A stretch of 64,000 bases of DNA. Source: Bacillota bacterium. Lineage in GTDB: Bacteria; Bacillota; DTU025. This document shows positions 9,585 to 21,597 of the stretch, one piece after another. Positions within the stretch are counted from its first letter, which is position 1. Each line of letters starts with the position of its first letter. Both the position numbers and the translations under genes were made by a program. The DNA is taken from the NCBI GenBank assembly GCA_050951805.1, contig JBMNJT010000007.1, positions 1-64,000 of the forward strand. The letters run 5' to 3'. The notes beneath the pieces are model-generated. The model saw only the letters and a program-made list of their open reading frames with translations, had not been told where the DNA came from and did not search any database.

Positions 9585-10994
9585 TTATTCAGACGCGTTC
9601 GCCCCCGAAGCCCTAGGATAGACGAGCATAGCCGACTCTGCACTCACTGCCGCCGACCTATGTGATGACTTGAGCCGATCTGGCACCACGTCCTTGCGGA
9701 CGAGATCTTCGTATGTCTCGCGCTCCACGATCAAGTCCGACCAGCCATCCTTCACCAGCGCCATAGCGGGACGGAGATGTCGATTATAGTTGCTGGCCAT
9801 GGAGTAGTTGTAAGCGCCGGTGCAAAATATAGCCAGTATATCGCCGACTTCCACATCCGGTAGCGCAATATCCCATGCCAACATGTCGCCTGACTCGCAA
9901 CAATTTCCCGCAATCGACACCTCGCATGTGGGAGGCCGATCGGCCTTGTTTGCCAGGACTGCATCGTATTCTGCCTGGTAAAGTGCAACCCGGGGATTGT
10001 CAGCCATTCCGCCGTCTACAGCTACATATGTCCGCACGCCTTCTATGTGCTTGACCGCATTTACCGTGTAAAGAGTAGTCCCGGCTTCGCCTACGATGGC
10101 CCTTCCTGGTTCCATCAGCAATGTGGGAAGAGGCAAACACCGCTCTTCAGCCGCCTTGAGCAACGCGGGCGCAATCGCCTCGGCGAGATCCGCCACGCTC
10201 AGAGGATCATCACCGCCTGTGTACCGTACTCCTAGGCCGCCTCCGATATCCAGTTCTTCCATGATAAAGCCCGTTGCGTCACAAGCTTCCCGCGCAAAAT
10301 CCATCATTACCTCTATCGCGTGGAGAAAAGGCTCAGTCTCGAATATTTGAGAGCCCACGTGGCAGTGGAGCCCCGTCAGCTTCACGTTCCTCAGTTCCTT
10401 AGCGTATTTAACTGCCCGAAGAGCGTCGCCGTTGGGTATGGCGATTCCAAACTTCGAATCTATCTGCCCGGTCTTTATGTATTCGTGAGTGTGCGCCTCG
10501 ATTCCCGGAGTCAATCTGAGGATCACATCGGCCACAAGCCCTTTGGCATTCGCCAACAGGTCTATGAGGCGGAGTTCATCCATGTTGTCAACAACAAAAC
10601 GGCAAATCCCTGCAGAAAGGGCGAAATCGATCTCGCTCAGTGTCTTGCTGTTGCCGTGGAAGTATATGCGGTCAGGCGGACAACCGGCAGAAAGAGCTGT
10701 ATACAATTCGCCGCCGGAACAGACATCGAGAGACAATCCCTCTTCGGCAACTATCATCGCAATAGCCTTCGTCATCAGTGCTTTGCTTGCATACAATATC
10801 CGAACCCGTGGATACCTGGACTCGAACTCACGGCGATGAGCACGGCAAGCGTTGCGCACCGCCATTTCGTCTACGACGTAAAGCGGAGTGCCGTAGCGCC
10901 TGGCCAAAGCCACTGCGTCACACCCTCCTATTGTCAAGTGTCCTTTGCTGTTTGCCTCGATGTTATCATATCTGTTATAGGTCAACTGCTGCAC
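9585..10994 (-). CDS. lysA: diaminopimelate decarboxylase
   Basis: YGTPLYV, YASKA (PLP lysine), HCHVGSQ, EPGRA, CESGD, GAYNYSMASNYN. Confidence 0.96.
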   Translation of the reverse strand: MQQLTYNRYDNIEANSKGHLTIGGCDAVALARRYGTPLYVVDEMAVRNACRAHRREFESRYPRVRILYASKALMTKAIAMIVAEEGLSLDVCSGGELYTALSAGCPPDRIYFHGNSKTLSEIDFALSAGICRFVVDNMDELRLIDLLANAKGLVADVILRLTPGIEAHTHEYIKTGQIDSKFGIAIPNGDALRAVKYAKELRNVKLTGLHCHVGSQIFETEPFLHAIEVMMDFAREACDATGFIMEELDIGGGLGVRYTGGDDPLSVADLAEAIAPALLKAAEERCLPLPTLLMEPGRAIVGEAGTTLYTVNAVKHIEGVRTYVAVDGGMADNPRVALYQAEYDAVLANKADRPPTCEVSIAGNCCESGDMLAWDIALPDVEVGDILAIFCTGAYNYSMASNYNRHLRPAMALVKDGWSDLIVERETYEDLVRKDVVPDRLKSSHRSAAVSAESAMLVYPRASGANASE

Positions 10995-11225
10995 TCTCCC
11001 GTCGGCGCCACTGTAATAGCTCCAGCTAAATTAGGTTAACACTAACATATGCGACGCGTTCTTGCAAGAGTATTTTGCGAAGCCCGCGTTTGTTGTCTGT
11101 GTTTAAAGACAAAGTCTGTGCCCCACGGCAGAGCAAACTAACAGCCCGCGGGAAGGATAACCCGAGTTTGCCTTGAATTTTCTCAATAGCCTATCACGCA
11201 ACTGTAGGCAAGGAGGAATGTTGGC

Positions 11226-12599
11226 TTGGTTCATAATTTTGCATGGAAAGGGATTGTCGAGGGCTTCTATGGGAAACCATGGACCCATAAACAGCGCCTT
11301 GACATGATATCCTTCATATCGGAGGTAGGCATGAACGCCTACATGTACGCCCCGAAGGACGACCCCTATCACAGGGAAAACTGGCGCAATCCATATCCTT
11401 CGAGAAAATTAGAGAGCCTGCGTGAACTGGCGTCCCACGCCAAATCGCATGGCATCTCCTTTGTATTCGCGGTGAGCCCGGGAATGTCAGTTCGATATTC
11501 CGACAAGCGCGATATCGACGCCTTCATGCAGAAGCTGAAGGCCCTTTACGGAGCAGGCGTCCGCGATTTTGCGATCCTCTATGACGATATCCCAAATGCT
11601 CTCTCCAACGAGGCTGATCGCGAGAAATTCCCGAACTTGGCCTCTGCCCAGGTCTGCTTCGCCAATTCCGTTTGGGAGCGACTCAAGAAGTGGTCCGGAG
11701 ACAACACGCTCATGGTCTGTCCCACTCAGTACAACGGCGATTACAACACCGAATATGTTCTGGGAATCGGCGCTGGACTACATCAAGACATAGACATCAT
11801 GTGGACAGGACCGGACGTTTGCTCCCGCGAGCTCACTTACGAGTATACGCAGGCGGTAACAGCAGCCTTGATGCGCCCAGTAGTCTACTGGGACAACTAT
11901 CCCGTAAACGATGCGGGGATGAGAGGCGAACTCCATATCGGCCCATACACCGGCAGAGATCGAAGACTGCCTGAAGTATGCCGTGGATTTTTCCTCAATC
12001 CGATGAATCAGGCAGAAGCGTCGAAGATCGCCCTAGGCGCGGCCGCATCTTATCTTCGCAATCCCGAAGGATACGACCCGCAGGCGGCTTGGGAGGCTGC
12101 AGCTGTGAGGGTATTGGGAGAGGATGCTTTGGAGGCGATCACCACTTTTGCGGATGCATGCGCCATCAGTCCATTGCATCCCGAGGATCCTCCGATGCTC
12201 AAAGAAGCCGTAGATCGGGCCGTGGAACGCGCCACTGAGAATTTTCAAGAGGGAGCCGGAATCCTTTCCGCATACATGCTCAAAATGAAGGCGTCTGCGG
12301 AGTTGCTGCGCACAAACCCAAACACGAAGTTCGTTGAGGAAGCCCGTCCGTGGCTGGAGGAATACGTTCGGTGGACAGACATCGGTATGCATATAGCAGA
12401 AACCGTCGAAAAATCCGGAGCCTATCTTGTATCATCGGCGTCATCCGGACGTCGCGGTTTCTCGCTGCACGCGTTGCCAATAGTCTCTGCCAGACGCAAG
12501 CTGTCGAGAATGATGTCGGATGCCGTGAATTTCAAGACCAGGGTGTGCGGGGATGTCCTGCTCCAGCTCGGTCGCGACCTGTTGAGGCAATTGCAATGA
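11226..12599 (+). CDS. GH84 beta-N-acetylglucosaminidase (O-GlcNAcase-like)
   Basis: GIVEGFYGKPW, YMYAPKDDPYHR, catalytic YDDI, WDNYPVND, NPMNQ. Confidence 0.9.
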   Translation: MVHNFAWKGIVEGFYGKPWTHKQRLDMISFISEVGMNAYMYAPKDDPYHRENWRNPYPSRKLESLRELASHAKSHGISFVFAVSPGMSVRYSDKRDIDAFMQKLKALYGAGVRDFAILYDDIPNALSNEADREKFPNLASAQVCFANSVWERLKKWSGDNTLMVCPTQYNGDYNTEYVLGIGAGLHQDIDIMWTGPDVCSRELTYEYTQAVTAALMRPVVYWDNYPVNDAGMRGELHIGPYTGRDRRLPEVCRGFFLNPMNQAEASKIALGAAASYLRNPEGYDPQAAWEAAAVRVLGEDALEAITTFADACAISPLHPEDPPMLKEAVDRAVERATENFQEGAGILSAYMLKMKASAELLRTNPNTKFVEEARPWLEEYVRWTDIGMHIAETVEKSGAYLVSSASSGRRGFSLHALPIVSARRKLSRMMSDAVNFKTRVCGDVLLQLGRDLLRQLQ

Positions 12600-12685
12600 C
12601 CTCGGATAAAGGCGCACCGGGCGCGCTGCGCCTTCACCCGAAAGCAGACCTGGTGAGGCATCTTGCATGATCTAGGCTTTGGGCA

Positions 12686-13939
12686 TCAGGCGCGGCGCGG
12701 TTCTTCTACCGCAAAAAGAAAGATACAGACGGCTGCTATCCCGGCTGCGAGCGATATGGAGAACATCGCCGGAAATCCTGCAATGTCGGAGATGTATCCT
12801 CCAAGGATTGGTGCGCCAGTCCTGAACGGGGCAAGCAGCATCCAGGAAAACGCGGTGTACATTGGCACATCAGTGTGGGTGGGCGCAAACTCGGCAAGGA
12901 TGAGATTGTGGCTCACCGCTATTCCGCTCATTCCGATGTTGGCGAACACTACCGCCGGGTACATCTCCGTCACGTTGTTGGCGGCAAGGGCGAGCGCTGC
13001 GCCACATGCGAAACAGGCTGCCGTAATCTCCAGGCTCAGTTTATGTCCCTCTCTATCGGCTATCCAGCCCAATGCGGGCATGCCTACGATAGTGGCCCCG
13101 ACAGCGAAAGCTGTTAGCCTTCCAACATCTCTCGTGCCTGCTCCGAAAAGTCTGACCGCGTATGTCGAGTAGAACGATGTCGCCGACATGGCAAAGGCCA
13201 TCACGGCCAAGGCTGCGATCGTCCAGACGTAGGCTCTGTCCTCCCGCACCTCGTAAGATGCAGCGGCAATATACTCCTTGACTGATCTAGATCCTTCAGA
13301 CTTCTCATCCGGAGGTTCGCGAAGCCATATGAACTGCACAAGCGATGCAATGAGAATCACGAAGGCCATGATGAACAGCAGCGCGAAATTTCTCGGAAAC
13401 TCAACCGTCTCCAGGATATAGCCTGCGGTTTCAGCGCCGATTATGCCGAATACTCCCGACAACGCGCCCGCCCATCCAAAAAGCCCTCCCCTCTGATCAA
13501 TGGGAATGCATTTTGGAAGAATGGCATAGTATACCGTCATGTTGATCCCCGCCATCAAGCTGGCAAGGGTCCAAGCCAACAGGAACAGTTTCACGGCAAG
13601 AGAAGGCTTCGCAACGCCCCATATCGCCACTATTCCTGCCATGGAGAGAATAAACAACCGCTCAGCCAGGCCAAGCGCAACGAAGAGCCTCTTTTTGAGA
13701 GGCAACCGTTCCAGAAATGGAGCGATGAGTATGCCAGGCATCAGGGCGCCAAGGCTCTGAATGGCAGGCACAAGCCCAATCGCAAGGTTGGACGCACCCA
13801 AATCGGTAAGTAGAAGTGGCATTATCGTGCTAGTCGATATTAGAGAGAACGCCAAGGGATACCCAAAGGCATCTATGAAAAACAGCTTATAGTTAACCCT
13901 TGCATCCCGACGGCGATGTTGGGCCCTAACAACAGTCAA
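12686..13939 (-). CDS. MFS transporter
   Basis: About 12 TM segments, GWIADREGHK motif-A-like sequence. Confidence 0.85.
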   Translation of the reverse strand: MTVVRAQHRRRDARVNYKLFFIDAFGYPLAFSLISTSTIMPLLLTDLGASNLAIGLVPAIQSLGALMPGILIAPFLERLPLKKRLFVALGLAERLFILSMAGIVAIWGVAKPSLAVKLFLLAWTLASLMAGINMTVYYAILPKCIPIDQRGGLFGWAGALSGVFGIIGAETAGYILETVEFPRNFALLFIMAFVILIASLVQFIWLREPPDEKSEGSRSVKEYIAAASYEVREDRAYVWTIAALAVMAFAMSATSFYSTYAVRLFGAGTRDVGRLTAFAVGATIVGMPALGWIADREGHKLSLEITAACFACGAALALAANNVTEMYPAVVFANIGMSGIAVSHNLILAEFAPTHTDVPMYTAFSWMLLAPFRTGAPILGGYISDIAGFPAMFSISLAAGIAAVCIFLFAVEEPRRA

Positions 13940-14203
13940 GCATTATTCACTCCTAAATCATGTACAACTATTCTTGCAAGAACAGCAGCAACATAACAAG
14001 AGCGCAAGGCTCATGCTCTTTTTGACTCCACCCGCTTCGTTGCAGTGGGATTATCAAGAAAAAAAGCCCATCGCGACCGCGAAGGCCGTGGGCCCAAGAT
14101 GTATTATACACTAATGTATAAAGGCGTGTGAAGGTGGGCACTTCCCAAGCCCTAACAGCGAGTGCATCCCAACCTCATTCAGTTTTGCATTGCCTCCAAC
14201 CAT

Positions 14204-15238
14204 CTACCCCGGGACAAGAGCGTCCCTTCGTAAATATCCATGCGGGTGGCTGCTATGCCACTTCCAGGCCGAGGCTATGATATCGCTAATGGCCGTATAA
14301 TGTGGCGCCCATCCGAGCTCATTCACAGCCTTGTCGGAAGAGGCAACCAGAACGGCCGGGTCGCCCGCGCGCCTTTCGCCATGGACTGCAGGAATGCGCT
14401 TGCCCACTGCGCGTTCTGCTTCCCGAAGAACCTCGAGCACAGAAAAACCTGACCCGTTGCCAAGATTGTACGCCGTAGTTGCGGCCCCGCGCGACAGCGC
14501 GTCCATCGCAGAAAGATGCGCTTCGGCAAGATCGTCTACGTGGATATAGTCACGGATGCAAGTCCCATCTGGGGTCGGGTAGTCAGTCCCGAACACGCTT
14601 ATGTTCTCACGAAGGCCTAGAGCAGCCGAAAGGATGATGGGGATGAGATGGGTTTCAGGGTCATGGGCCTCCCCCATCTCTCCAGAGCCATGCGCGCCCG
14701 CCGCGTTAAAATAGCGAAGGGATATGGACCTTATCCCATAAGCCTGGTCGTAGCCGATAAGCATGTGTTCTATGGCGAGCTTTGTCATGCCATACGTGCT
14801 CGTTGGAGCTTTGGGATGGTCTTCGCGGATAGGCGTTGTAGTAGGCTCCCCATATACGGCCGCACTCGACGAAAAGACTATCTTATCGACTTTAGCCTCC
14901 GCCATTGCATCTAAGAGCTCGACGGCGCACCCAACGTTGTTGCGCCAATACTTCGACGGGTTGCGCATGGATTCTCCCACTAAACTGGCTGCTGCGAAAT
15001 GCATGACAGCGTCGATCTCCTTCGAGACGAGAAGCTCGCGTACCCGGGTCCCATCGCCAACATCGCCAACAACAAGTTCCACGCATCCCCCGCCCGCCAC
15101 CCTTCGAGCAACGTCCACGGCCTCCGGATGCCCAGTGGACAGATTGTCGAGAACAATCACCGAGTGACCCGCTTGAGCCAGGCTGCGAACAACATGGCTT
15201 CCCACATATCCCGCGCCTCCAACTGCAAGCACTCTCAA
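14204..15238 (-). CDS. galE: UDP-glucose 4-epimerase
   Basis: GGAGYVGSH, FSSSAAVYG, YGMTK, LRYFNAAGA, DGTCIRDYIHV; probable TTG start at 15238. Confidence 0.95.
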   Translation of the reverse strand: MRVLAVGGAGYVGSHVVRSLAQAGHSVIVLDNLSTGHPEAVDVARRVAGGGCVELVVGDVGDGTRVRELLVSKEIDAVMHFAAASLVGESMRNPSKYWRNNVGCAVELLDAMAEAKVDKIVFSSSAAVYGEPTTTPIREDHPKAPTSTYGMTKLAIEHMLIGYDQAYGIRSISLRYFNAAGAHGSGEMGEAHDPETHLIPIILSAALGLRENISVFGTDYPTPDGTCIRDYIHVDDLAEAHLSAMDALSRGAATTAYNLGNGSGFSVLEVLREAERAVGKRIPAVHGERRAGDPAVLVASSDKAVNELGWAPHYTAISDIIASAWKWHSSHPHGYLRRDALVPG

Positions 15239-15760
15239 AGCAAAATCCCCCTTCAAAAGAAACACAGAGTGCACTTCGACAGGAGGATCATTCTCACCTT
15301 CTCACTGCCAGGCAATTCATGGCGGCGCTGACGGCCCTCAGCGCGGGCACCGCCCAGGGAACGTGCATATAGCGCAAAGCCGGATTCGAGGTTGCTCTGC
15401 ACCGTAGATTGAATTGTCGGCGCAAGCGGGTTTTAGGGGGGAAGAGCGACCAACTTTTAGTCAGCCCCTAGTCCAAACCTTGAGCACTTGCGATCGCGAT
15501 GTGACTGGAAGTTGGCTAGGTTCGTTTCCAACCTCCGCTTAGACCTTGGCTTCTTGTCCGGGCCTCGAAGGCTTTTGGGGATACGCCTGAACAATCAGTT
15601 CCTGGAGAACTTTGGCAAGATGACCCTGCAATAATCCTGTAGCCTCGCTGCTTTACGCTTTGGCCATGTGAAAGGCAATAGCACTGGCAGGATTCCATCC
15701 CAATGGCTCCTATGTCACGTGGCACAGACACTGTTCATCAGCAAATGTTTGGGGCGGGGG

Positions 15761-15964
15761 CTATTGCCCCCGCCTCGTGAGCTGATCAGCCATCGCCCGC
15801 TGCGCTTTCTCGATAAGGCTTCGGACGATCAAACCAGCTTCGCGGGTAGTGATGTTACCATAGTCATACCCGTCGGCGCCCACTTGGATTTTGTCGGCGA
15901 AGCCAAGTTCTCGAGCGATTTCGTATTTGACTTCGTCTGAAACTATGGGACGACGATTAGCCAA
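15761..15964 (-). CDS. small acid-soluble spore protein, alpha/beta or SspF-like
   Basis: KYEIARELG...YGNITTREAGLIVRSLIEKA; TTG start at 15964 after GGGGTG. Confidence 0.8.
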   Translation of the reverse strand: MANRRPIVSDEVKYEIARELGFADKIQVGADGYDYGNITTREAGLIVRSLIEKAQRAMADQLTRRGQ

Positions 15965-16094
15965 GGCAATCACCCCAAGAGTATGGTTCCACGCAAACGT
16001 CCCAGAAAAACAAGCATGCTGCTGGGTAAAGCGGCGGCATTCCCCGCAACCTCCAAGCAGCCTAAATTCCTGCAGACAACCGTCAAACGCCATA

Positions 16095-17036
16095 TCAGTT
16101 CATAGATGGGCTTCTTTCACTTTTCATAAGTTCCATGAAAACTTCAACCCAGTCAGGATCGAACTGAGTCCCCGCATTTTCGGCAATTTCTTTGATAGCC
16201 TCGGAACGAAGCAGAGCTAGGCGATAGGGGCGGTCCGATGTCATAGCGTCAAAGCTGTCTGCTATAGCAAGTATCCTGGCCATTTCGGGTATAGCGTCCC
16301 CAGAAAGCCCGTCTGGGTAGCCTGCTCCATCATACCTTTCATGGTGATGCCTTACGGCTCTTGCAATTTGCGCCATAAAAGCGGCAGGTTGCAGAAGCAT
16401 TTTCTCTCCGATAACGGGGTGCTTCCGCACCTCAGCCCATTCCTCAGCAGAAAGCGATCCGGCCTTCGCCAATACCTCTTCCCCAATCAACGCTTTTCCT
16501 ATGTCGTGCAGTGTACCAGCCAAAGCCAATTCTCGGTAGTCTCCGCCCGTTCCCCACCTCATTCTGGCCATTGCCACAGACATGTTTCGCACTCGAAAAG
16601 AGTGTCGTGCGGTCTGGTGATCGATCACGCCTATGGACTTTACCAACCCTTCCACGCCTTCTGAAATGACAGCAATCATAGCGTTAGCAACATTCCTGAT
16701 CGCGTAGCCTCTGGCATCACTGGAATCGCTTCTACTCTCATAGTCTGAAAAGCCGCATACAACATCGCCCAACCTGGAACCTTCGCCATCGGTCAGCTTG
16801 ATCCGTCTGACCACGTGCTTGAGCCTCTTGCAAGCATAGCCAGATTCTCTGCCGCCATCTGCACAAGAACAATTGGATTCGGCGCAAGCTGCGAAATCCT
16901 CCCCGACTATGACCCCCCACTCACTTCTGGCCATTCGGTTCGAAATCACAACCCTCCCGTCGCAGTCAAGCACTACAATACCCTCCGGCATCTCCTCGAT
17001 CGCGCTTTTTGCCAACATTTCTATGTTCGGATTCAA
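16095..17036 (-). CDS. PAS-like plus HD-GYP cyclic di-GMP phosphodiesterase
   Basis: N-terminal EGIVVLD...VISN PAS-like start; LHDIGK, HHERYDGAGYPDG, RPYR. Confidence 0.9.
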   Translation of the reverse strand: MNPNIEMLAKSAIEEMPEGIVVLDCDGRVVISNRMARSEWGVIVGEDFAACAESNCSCADGGRESGYACKRLKHVVRRIKLTDGEGSRLGDVVCGFSDYESRSDSSDARGYAIRNVANAMIAVISEGVEGLVKSIGVIDHQTARHSFRVRNMSVAMARMRWGTGGDYRELALAGTLHDIGKALIGEEVLAKAGSLSAEEWAEVRKHPVIGEKMLLQPAAFMAQIARAVRHHHERYDGAGYPDGLSGDAIPEMARILAIADSFDAMTSDRPYRLALLRSEAIKEIAENAGTQFDPDWVEVFMELMKSERSPSMN

Positions 17037-17406
17037 CTGCGGGCAACCTCCTGAGAGAAATGGTCTCTATATTAAACCGACCAGGAGTGTGCAATGGCGC
17101 TTCATTTGCGGAAATTCAGTCGCCCGCCAACACCAACTCAGGGAGCACACCATAAATCTGCGCTCCGACCAACCTGGAACGGAATATCGGCATGGCAAAT
17201 TCAAATACCAACAAAGAAGTATAGAACTCCAAACCAATGGTGTCAATATAGGGCGTGGTTTCCAAGCTTATACTCCACATATTCTGTGTTGTTTCCAGTC
17301 GCGAACCCCCACCGAAATAGCAGTGCAGGCTGGAAAACCATCCTGCACTGCATGGCCTAGGGCCAAATGTCCGTAATCTCGCTACCTATATCTATACGTG
17401 CTTTCT

Positions 17407-19302
17407 TCAGACCTTGAACTGCCCCACAAGCTCGGTCAATCTGCCAGCCATCCTCGAAAGAGACTCAGCGGAAGCCGTCATCTCTTCAACCGATGCGCTG
17501 ATTTCCTCGACCGACGCCGAAGATTCTTCTGCAGCTGCAGCAGTCTCTTCGGCAACTGCAGCAGTATTATCTGCAGACTCGCGCACCTCATCTGCCAAGC
17601 CTGCAAGCTCCTCGGCTACGACCCTATTGTGGCCGGCCAATTTAACCAGGTCTCTCATAACCTCTTCCACTCGGGCACTGTTCTCGAGGAGCTGATCAGT
17701 TTTGCCCATTATGTTCTCTATGTCCTTTTCCGTCCGATTCGCGATCTCAAAAACCCTGTTGAACACGGCGCCCGTTTCTGTGGAGAGGGAACTTACCTTT
17801 TCCACCTCTTCCGCACTGGTCCTTATCGTCGCCACCGATCCGGCGGTAGCCTCCCTGACCCTCATCACTAATTCAGCGATCGCCTTGGTCTCAGCAGCCG
17901 AGCTTTCGGCAAGCTTCCTGACTTCGTCTGCCACGACCGCGAAGCCGCGTCCGTGTTCGCCTGCTCTTGCAGCTTCTATTGCGGCGTTTAAAGCTAAGAG
18001 GTTAGTCTGGTCCGCTATGTCGCCTATCACTTCGAGGATCTTGCCGATCTCCTGAGAGTAAGCGTCGAGTTCTTCTATTCGCTCCACCACGTCATCGGTA
18101 GTCTCCTTGACGCGCTCTATGCCCTCGATGACCTGGTTCACATTTTCTATGCCTTCACCGGCCATTCTGGCATTATCGGCAGAAGCCTCTGACGTAACGC
18201 GCAATCCCTCGCCTGTCTCTGCCAGTGATGAGATCATGCTCGCCACTACTTCGAAGGTCTCCTCTATATGGCTCTCCTGTTGCCCAGCATCCTCCGCCAA
18301 CTTGTTTATGGACTCATTCATTCTGTCAGCAAGCTCTACGCTGCGCCTGGCATGCTCGCTTTCATCCTGAGCTCCCTGGGCAACCTGGACTGTAGATGCT
18401 GCAATTTGCTGTGCCGCTTTCGACACTTCCCCCGATCCTGCCGCCAGCTCCTCGCTGGCCGTGGCGACTTCGTTGGCCGTAATTGATATCTTACCAATTA
18501 TGCCCTGCAGCTTGTCGGCGAATACGTTGAAGTGCTCGGCCAAATGGCCGATTTCATCCGTTGTCAATACCTCAAGACGTTGTGTGAGGTCTCCCTCCCC
18601 CTGGGAAATGTCTTTCAACATTTCTACCGTGTCCTTCACAGGCACAGCAATGCTTTTTGCCAGTGCAAAGGCTATGGCTCCGGCAAGAATTACTCCAACA
18701 ACAGCACTCAAAACCGCCGCCGATATCTGCTTCTTGCGTGCCGCCAGCACTTGGCCGGCGTCCAGATCGACAGCAAGCACGCCGGCGACATCACCTGTGC
18801 AGTTGAAGATAGGAGCATAGGCTGTAAGAAAGGTACCCCACTCGTCTCTCTCAAGATCCTCCATCACAGAGGCGGCGCCGGCAAAAGCCCGCTCCATAGC
18901 GGGGTTAGATTGATACAGGTGCCCAATCTCCGCGTGGTCCTCACCGTCAGTCTCATCAACAACTATGATTACCTCGCCATCTGTATCCTTCGCCAGAGTG
19001 TACACGAAAACCACGTCCGGATTATCGTTTCGCACTCTCCTCAAGTACTCCTGAATCGACTCATACGCATAGGTATCTTCCATTCGAAGCTCAACAACGG
19101 CACAGTGTTCGTCGCCATCTATGTTCGAAGCCGCGGTCCGGGCTATGGCCAGTATGCGCTGCTGTATCTCGGCAAACACCCGTGACCAGCTTTGAAAATA
19201 GAATACACATCCCGTGATAGCCACAACAGCCAAAACCAAGCAGGTAATCACAACAACCAGCTTGGTCCTGAGTGAATTGAATTTCACTGTATCTACCCCC
19301 AA
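17407..19302 (-). CDS. methyl-accepting chemotaxis protein (Cache-like sensor, HAMP)
   Basis: Two TM segments, [48 protein letters not shown]; start may be GTG 19287. Confidence 0.95.
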   Translation of the reverse strand: MGVDTVKFNSLRTKLVVVITCLVLAVVAITGCVFYFQSWSRVFAEIQQRILAIARTAASNIDGDEHCAVVELRMEDTYAYESIQEYLRRVRNDNPDVVFVYTLAKDTDGEVIIVVDETDGEDHAEIGHLYQSNPAMERAFAGAASVMEDLERDEWGTFLTAYAPIFNCTGDVAGVLAVDLDAGQVLAARKKQISAAVLSAVVGVILAGAIAFALAKSIAVPVKDTVEMLKDISQGEGDLTQRLEVLTTDEIGHLAEHFNVFADKLQGIIGKISITANEVATASEELAAGSGEVSKAAQQIAASTVQVAQGAQDESEHARRSVELADRMNESINKLAEDAGQQESHIEETFEVVASMISSLAETGEGLRVTSEASADNARMAGEGIENVNQVIEGIERVKETTDDVVERIEELDAYSQEIGKILEVIGDIADQTNLLALNAAIEAARAGEHGRGFAVVADEVRKLAESSAAETKAIAELVMRVREATAGSVATIRTSAEEVEKVSSLSTETGAVFNRVFEIANRTEKDIENIMGKTDQLLENSARVEEVMRDLVKLAGHNRVVAEELAGLADEVRESADNTAAVAEETAAAAEESSASVEEISASVEEMTASAESLSRMAGRLTELVGQFKV

Positions 19303-19463
19303 AAAACATCCCTGAAGGCCTTTCGACGCGCTGGCCTACAATTCCCGAAATCATATATTCCATCGGGCATACCCGCCAACCAGGCATCAATTGCCGCAGC
19401 AGATCAAGACCGCCTTTTGCGACACAAATTCCCCTGCGGTAAAGGACATGCGGGTTGCGCCGA

Positions 19464-21344
19464 CTACACCATGAATTTAGCGACGCTTTGCTGCAGGCGG
19501 GCAGACATTTCGGCAAGGGTTTGGGCAGAAGACGCCACCCGCTGTACAGCTGCGCTGATCTCCTCAGTCGAAGCCGAAACTTCTTCTACCGATGCCGCGC
19601 TCTCTGCAGCTGCAGCCGCAATCATCTCTACCGCCTGTTCGACTCTGCCGATGTGAACACTCATGTTCTGTGCATCATCCGTATTGGACTGAGCAATCTC
19701 GAGTACCTCCTTCATGTTCGCTTCCACCTGCCTAGCAATCATCCTGAACTGTTCAATCTCTTTCATCATGCTATCAATGGCCAAGGCAGTCTCTTCGGCG
19801 GCGTTTGATATGTCAACAAGCGTCTTGCCGGCTTCTTGGGCGGCACAATTCCCGTCCGAAACCTCCCGCCCCTGCAGTTTCATGGTAGCCGCGGCCTGTT
19901 CTGTCGACTCTCTAACTTGCTGAATGAGGCCTCCAATAGCCCTTGTCTCTCTTGCAGAGCTTTCGGCAAGCTTTCGAACTTCTTCAGCCACAACTGCGAA
20001 CCCGCGACCTTGTTCACCTGCCCTCGCTGCCTCTATGGCGGCGTTGAGCGCCAAAAGGTTGGTCTGGTCCGCAATATCCTCTATCACGCCAACGATCCTT
20101 CCGATCTCGTGTGAAAGTCCTTCGAGTTCGCTGATTCTTTCAGACGCGGCAATCGTCTTCTTGTCGATCTCGGCCATCCTTGCTGCCAATCCATCCACCA
20201 CTTTGCACCCGTCAGTAGCCGCCTCAACATTGCGCCTGGTTGACAGACGCACGTCGTCAATTAGGATCAACGTCTTGTCAAACGAATGGCCCATCTCGTC
20301 GTACGCAGCAGATGTACGGCTCACAACGTCGGCCTGAGTCTCAGCTCCTTCGTGTACACGTCTGATAGACTTTCCTAGTTCAGCTGTGGACAATGCAGTC
20401 TCATTCGCCGAGTGCGACTGTTCCTGAGCCTGACCGGCAATTTGCCGTACTGTTGTGGTCACTTCCTGAATTGACGCCGCCGTTTCTTCCGAACCCGCCG
20501 AAAGCTCCTGGCTAGCTGCGGCGACATCACGAGCCATTGCAGAAGATTCAGAAACAACGTTGCGCAAGTTGGCAATCATGCCGCCGAAGGCCCGCGTTAG
20601 CACGCCCATTTCGTCCGCAGCTTCTGAATTCGCATCTACAGTCAAATCGCCCGCGGCCACTCTCGGCGCAAGCATCGCCAGTTTCCTGGCTGGCTCCGCA
20701 ATAGAACGTCCTATAGGAAACCCGACAGCGAGACCTGCGAGGGCACCAATCGCTGTGATCCAGACGATCCGGCGAAGGTTGCGAGTAGCGTTAAGCTGGA
20801 TTCTCTCGATAACGCTGTCTGTTTCTCCTTTGACGCATGCAACAAGCTGATCATGGAGACCTTCCAGTTCAGCCTTGATAACTTGTCCATTGTTCATGTT
20901 GAATCTCGCCGTATCTGCCGCGCCCATCCTTGCAAGAGACTCCACCTCTGCAACGAAAGAGAGATATTCCTCCCATAGGCCCTGCAATTCATCATAAACC
21001 CCACGTCCCTTTGGGGTTTTGAGTCGTCCCTGAACTATTCTCATGTTCTTTTCATGGGCTTGCTTAGCCTCTTCTATCTTGTGTTCGTAATATGTAAGCG
21101 TATCGTAATCCTCGGCCATCACAAGCTGAGCAAGGCAACTGTCAATACTCACAGCCGCCGTTTGAGCCTTGAGCGCGTTTTCCAGCTGCGGAATATATCT
21201 GCTGGCCATCTCGTCAACATCCGAAGCGAGAGAATTTATCGTCGACATACACACCCACGCTGTAGCTCCCATAATGGCCGCAAATACGATGAAAATCAGG
21301 AGGAACTTCCAGGTCAAGCCGATGTTCATGACCCACTTTCTCAT
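19464..21344 (-). CDS. methyl-accepting chemotaxis protein (four-helix-bundle sensor, HAMP)
   Basis: Two TM segments, HAMP, MCP signalling tip [27 protein letters not shown]. Confidence 0.95.
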   Translation of the reverse strand: MRKWVMNIGLTWKFLLIFIVFAAIMGATAWVCMSTINSLASDVDEMASRYIPQLENALKAQTAAVSIDSCLAQLVMAEDYDTLTYYEHKIEEAKQAHEKNMRIVQGRLKTPKGRGVYDELQGLWEEYLSFVAEVESLARMGAADTARFNMNNGQVIKAELEGLHDQLVACVKGETDSVIERIQLNATRNLRRIVWITAIGALAGLAVGFPIGRSIAEPARKLAMLAPRVAAGDLTVDANSEAADEMGVLTRAFGGMIANLRNVVSESSAMARDVAAASQELSAGSEETAASIQEVTTTVRQIAGQAQEQSHSANETALSTAELGKSIRRVHEGAETQADVVSRTSAAYDEMGHSFDKTLILIDDVRLSTRRNVEAATDGCKVVDGLAARMAEIDKKTIAASERISELEGLSHEIGRIVGVIEDIADQTNLLALNAAIEAARAGEQGRGFAVVAEEVRKLAESSARETRAIGGLIQQVRESTEQAAATMKLQGREVSDGNCAAQEAGKTLVDISNAAEETALAIDSMMKEIEQFRMIARQVEANMKEVLEIAQSNTDDAQNMSVHIGRVEQAVEMIAAAAAESAASVEEVSASTEEISAAVQRVASSAQTLAEMSARLQQSVAKFMV

Positions 21345-21597
21345 CTTCCCCCATATACCCCCTTAAATGGGCAGGCAAACACACCACCGCTGTCTCCATG
21401 GCCAACACAAAGAACAGAACTGAGTATCAGACATGAATGGGGCCCAAATATGGATCTCCTTTCTATTATCGGCATCCATGTGGCATTCCTTATGTCCAAT
21501 GCTTTCTGTATCAGTTCCACGCCACACCGCAGGGAATATCCTGTGATAGACATATCCTCAACACGAGGAGCCATAAGCACGAACGGAGTGGGTGTAT

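Noticed and set aside
10995-11225. lysine riboswitch upstream of lysA
   Set aside because: No AGAGG(T/C)GC or other L-box motifs were recognisable in the divergent intergenic region
17037-21590. c-di-GMP riboswitches in the MCP and HD-GYP leaders
   Set aside because: No GGCAAA...GAAA...GACGCAAAG GEMM pattern was recognisable
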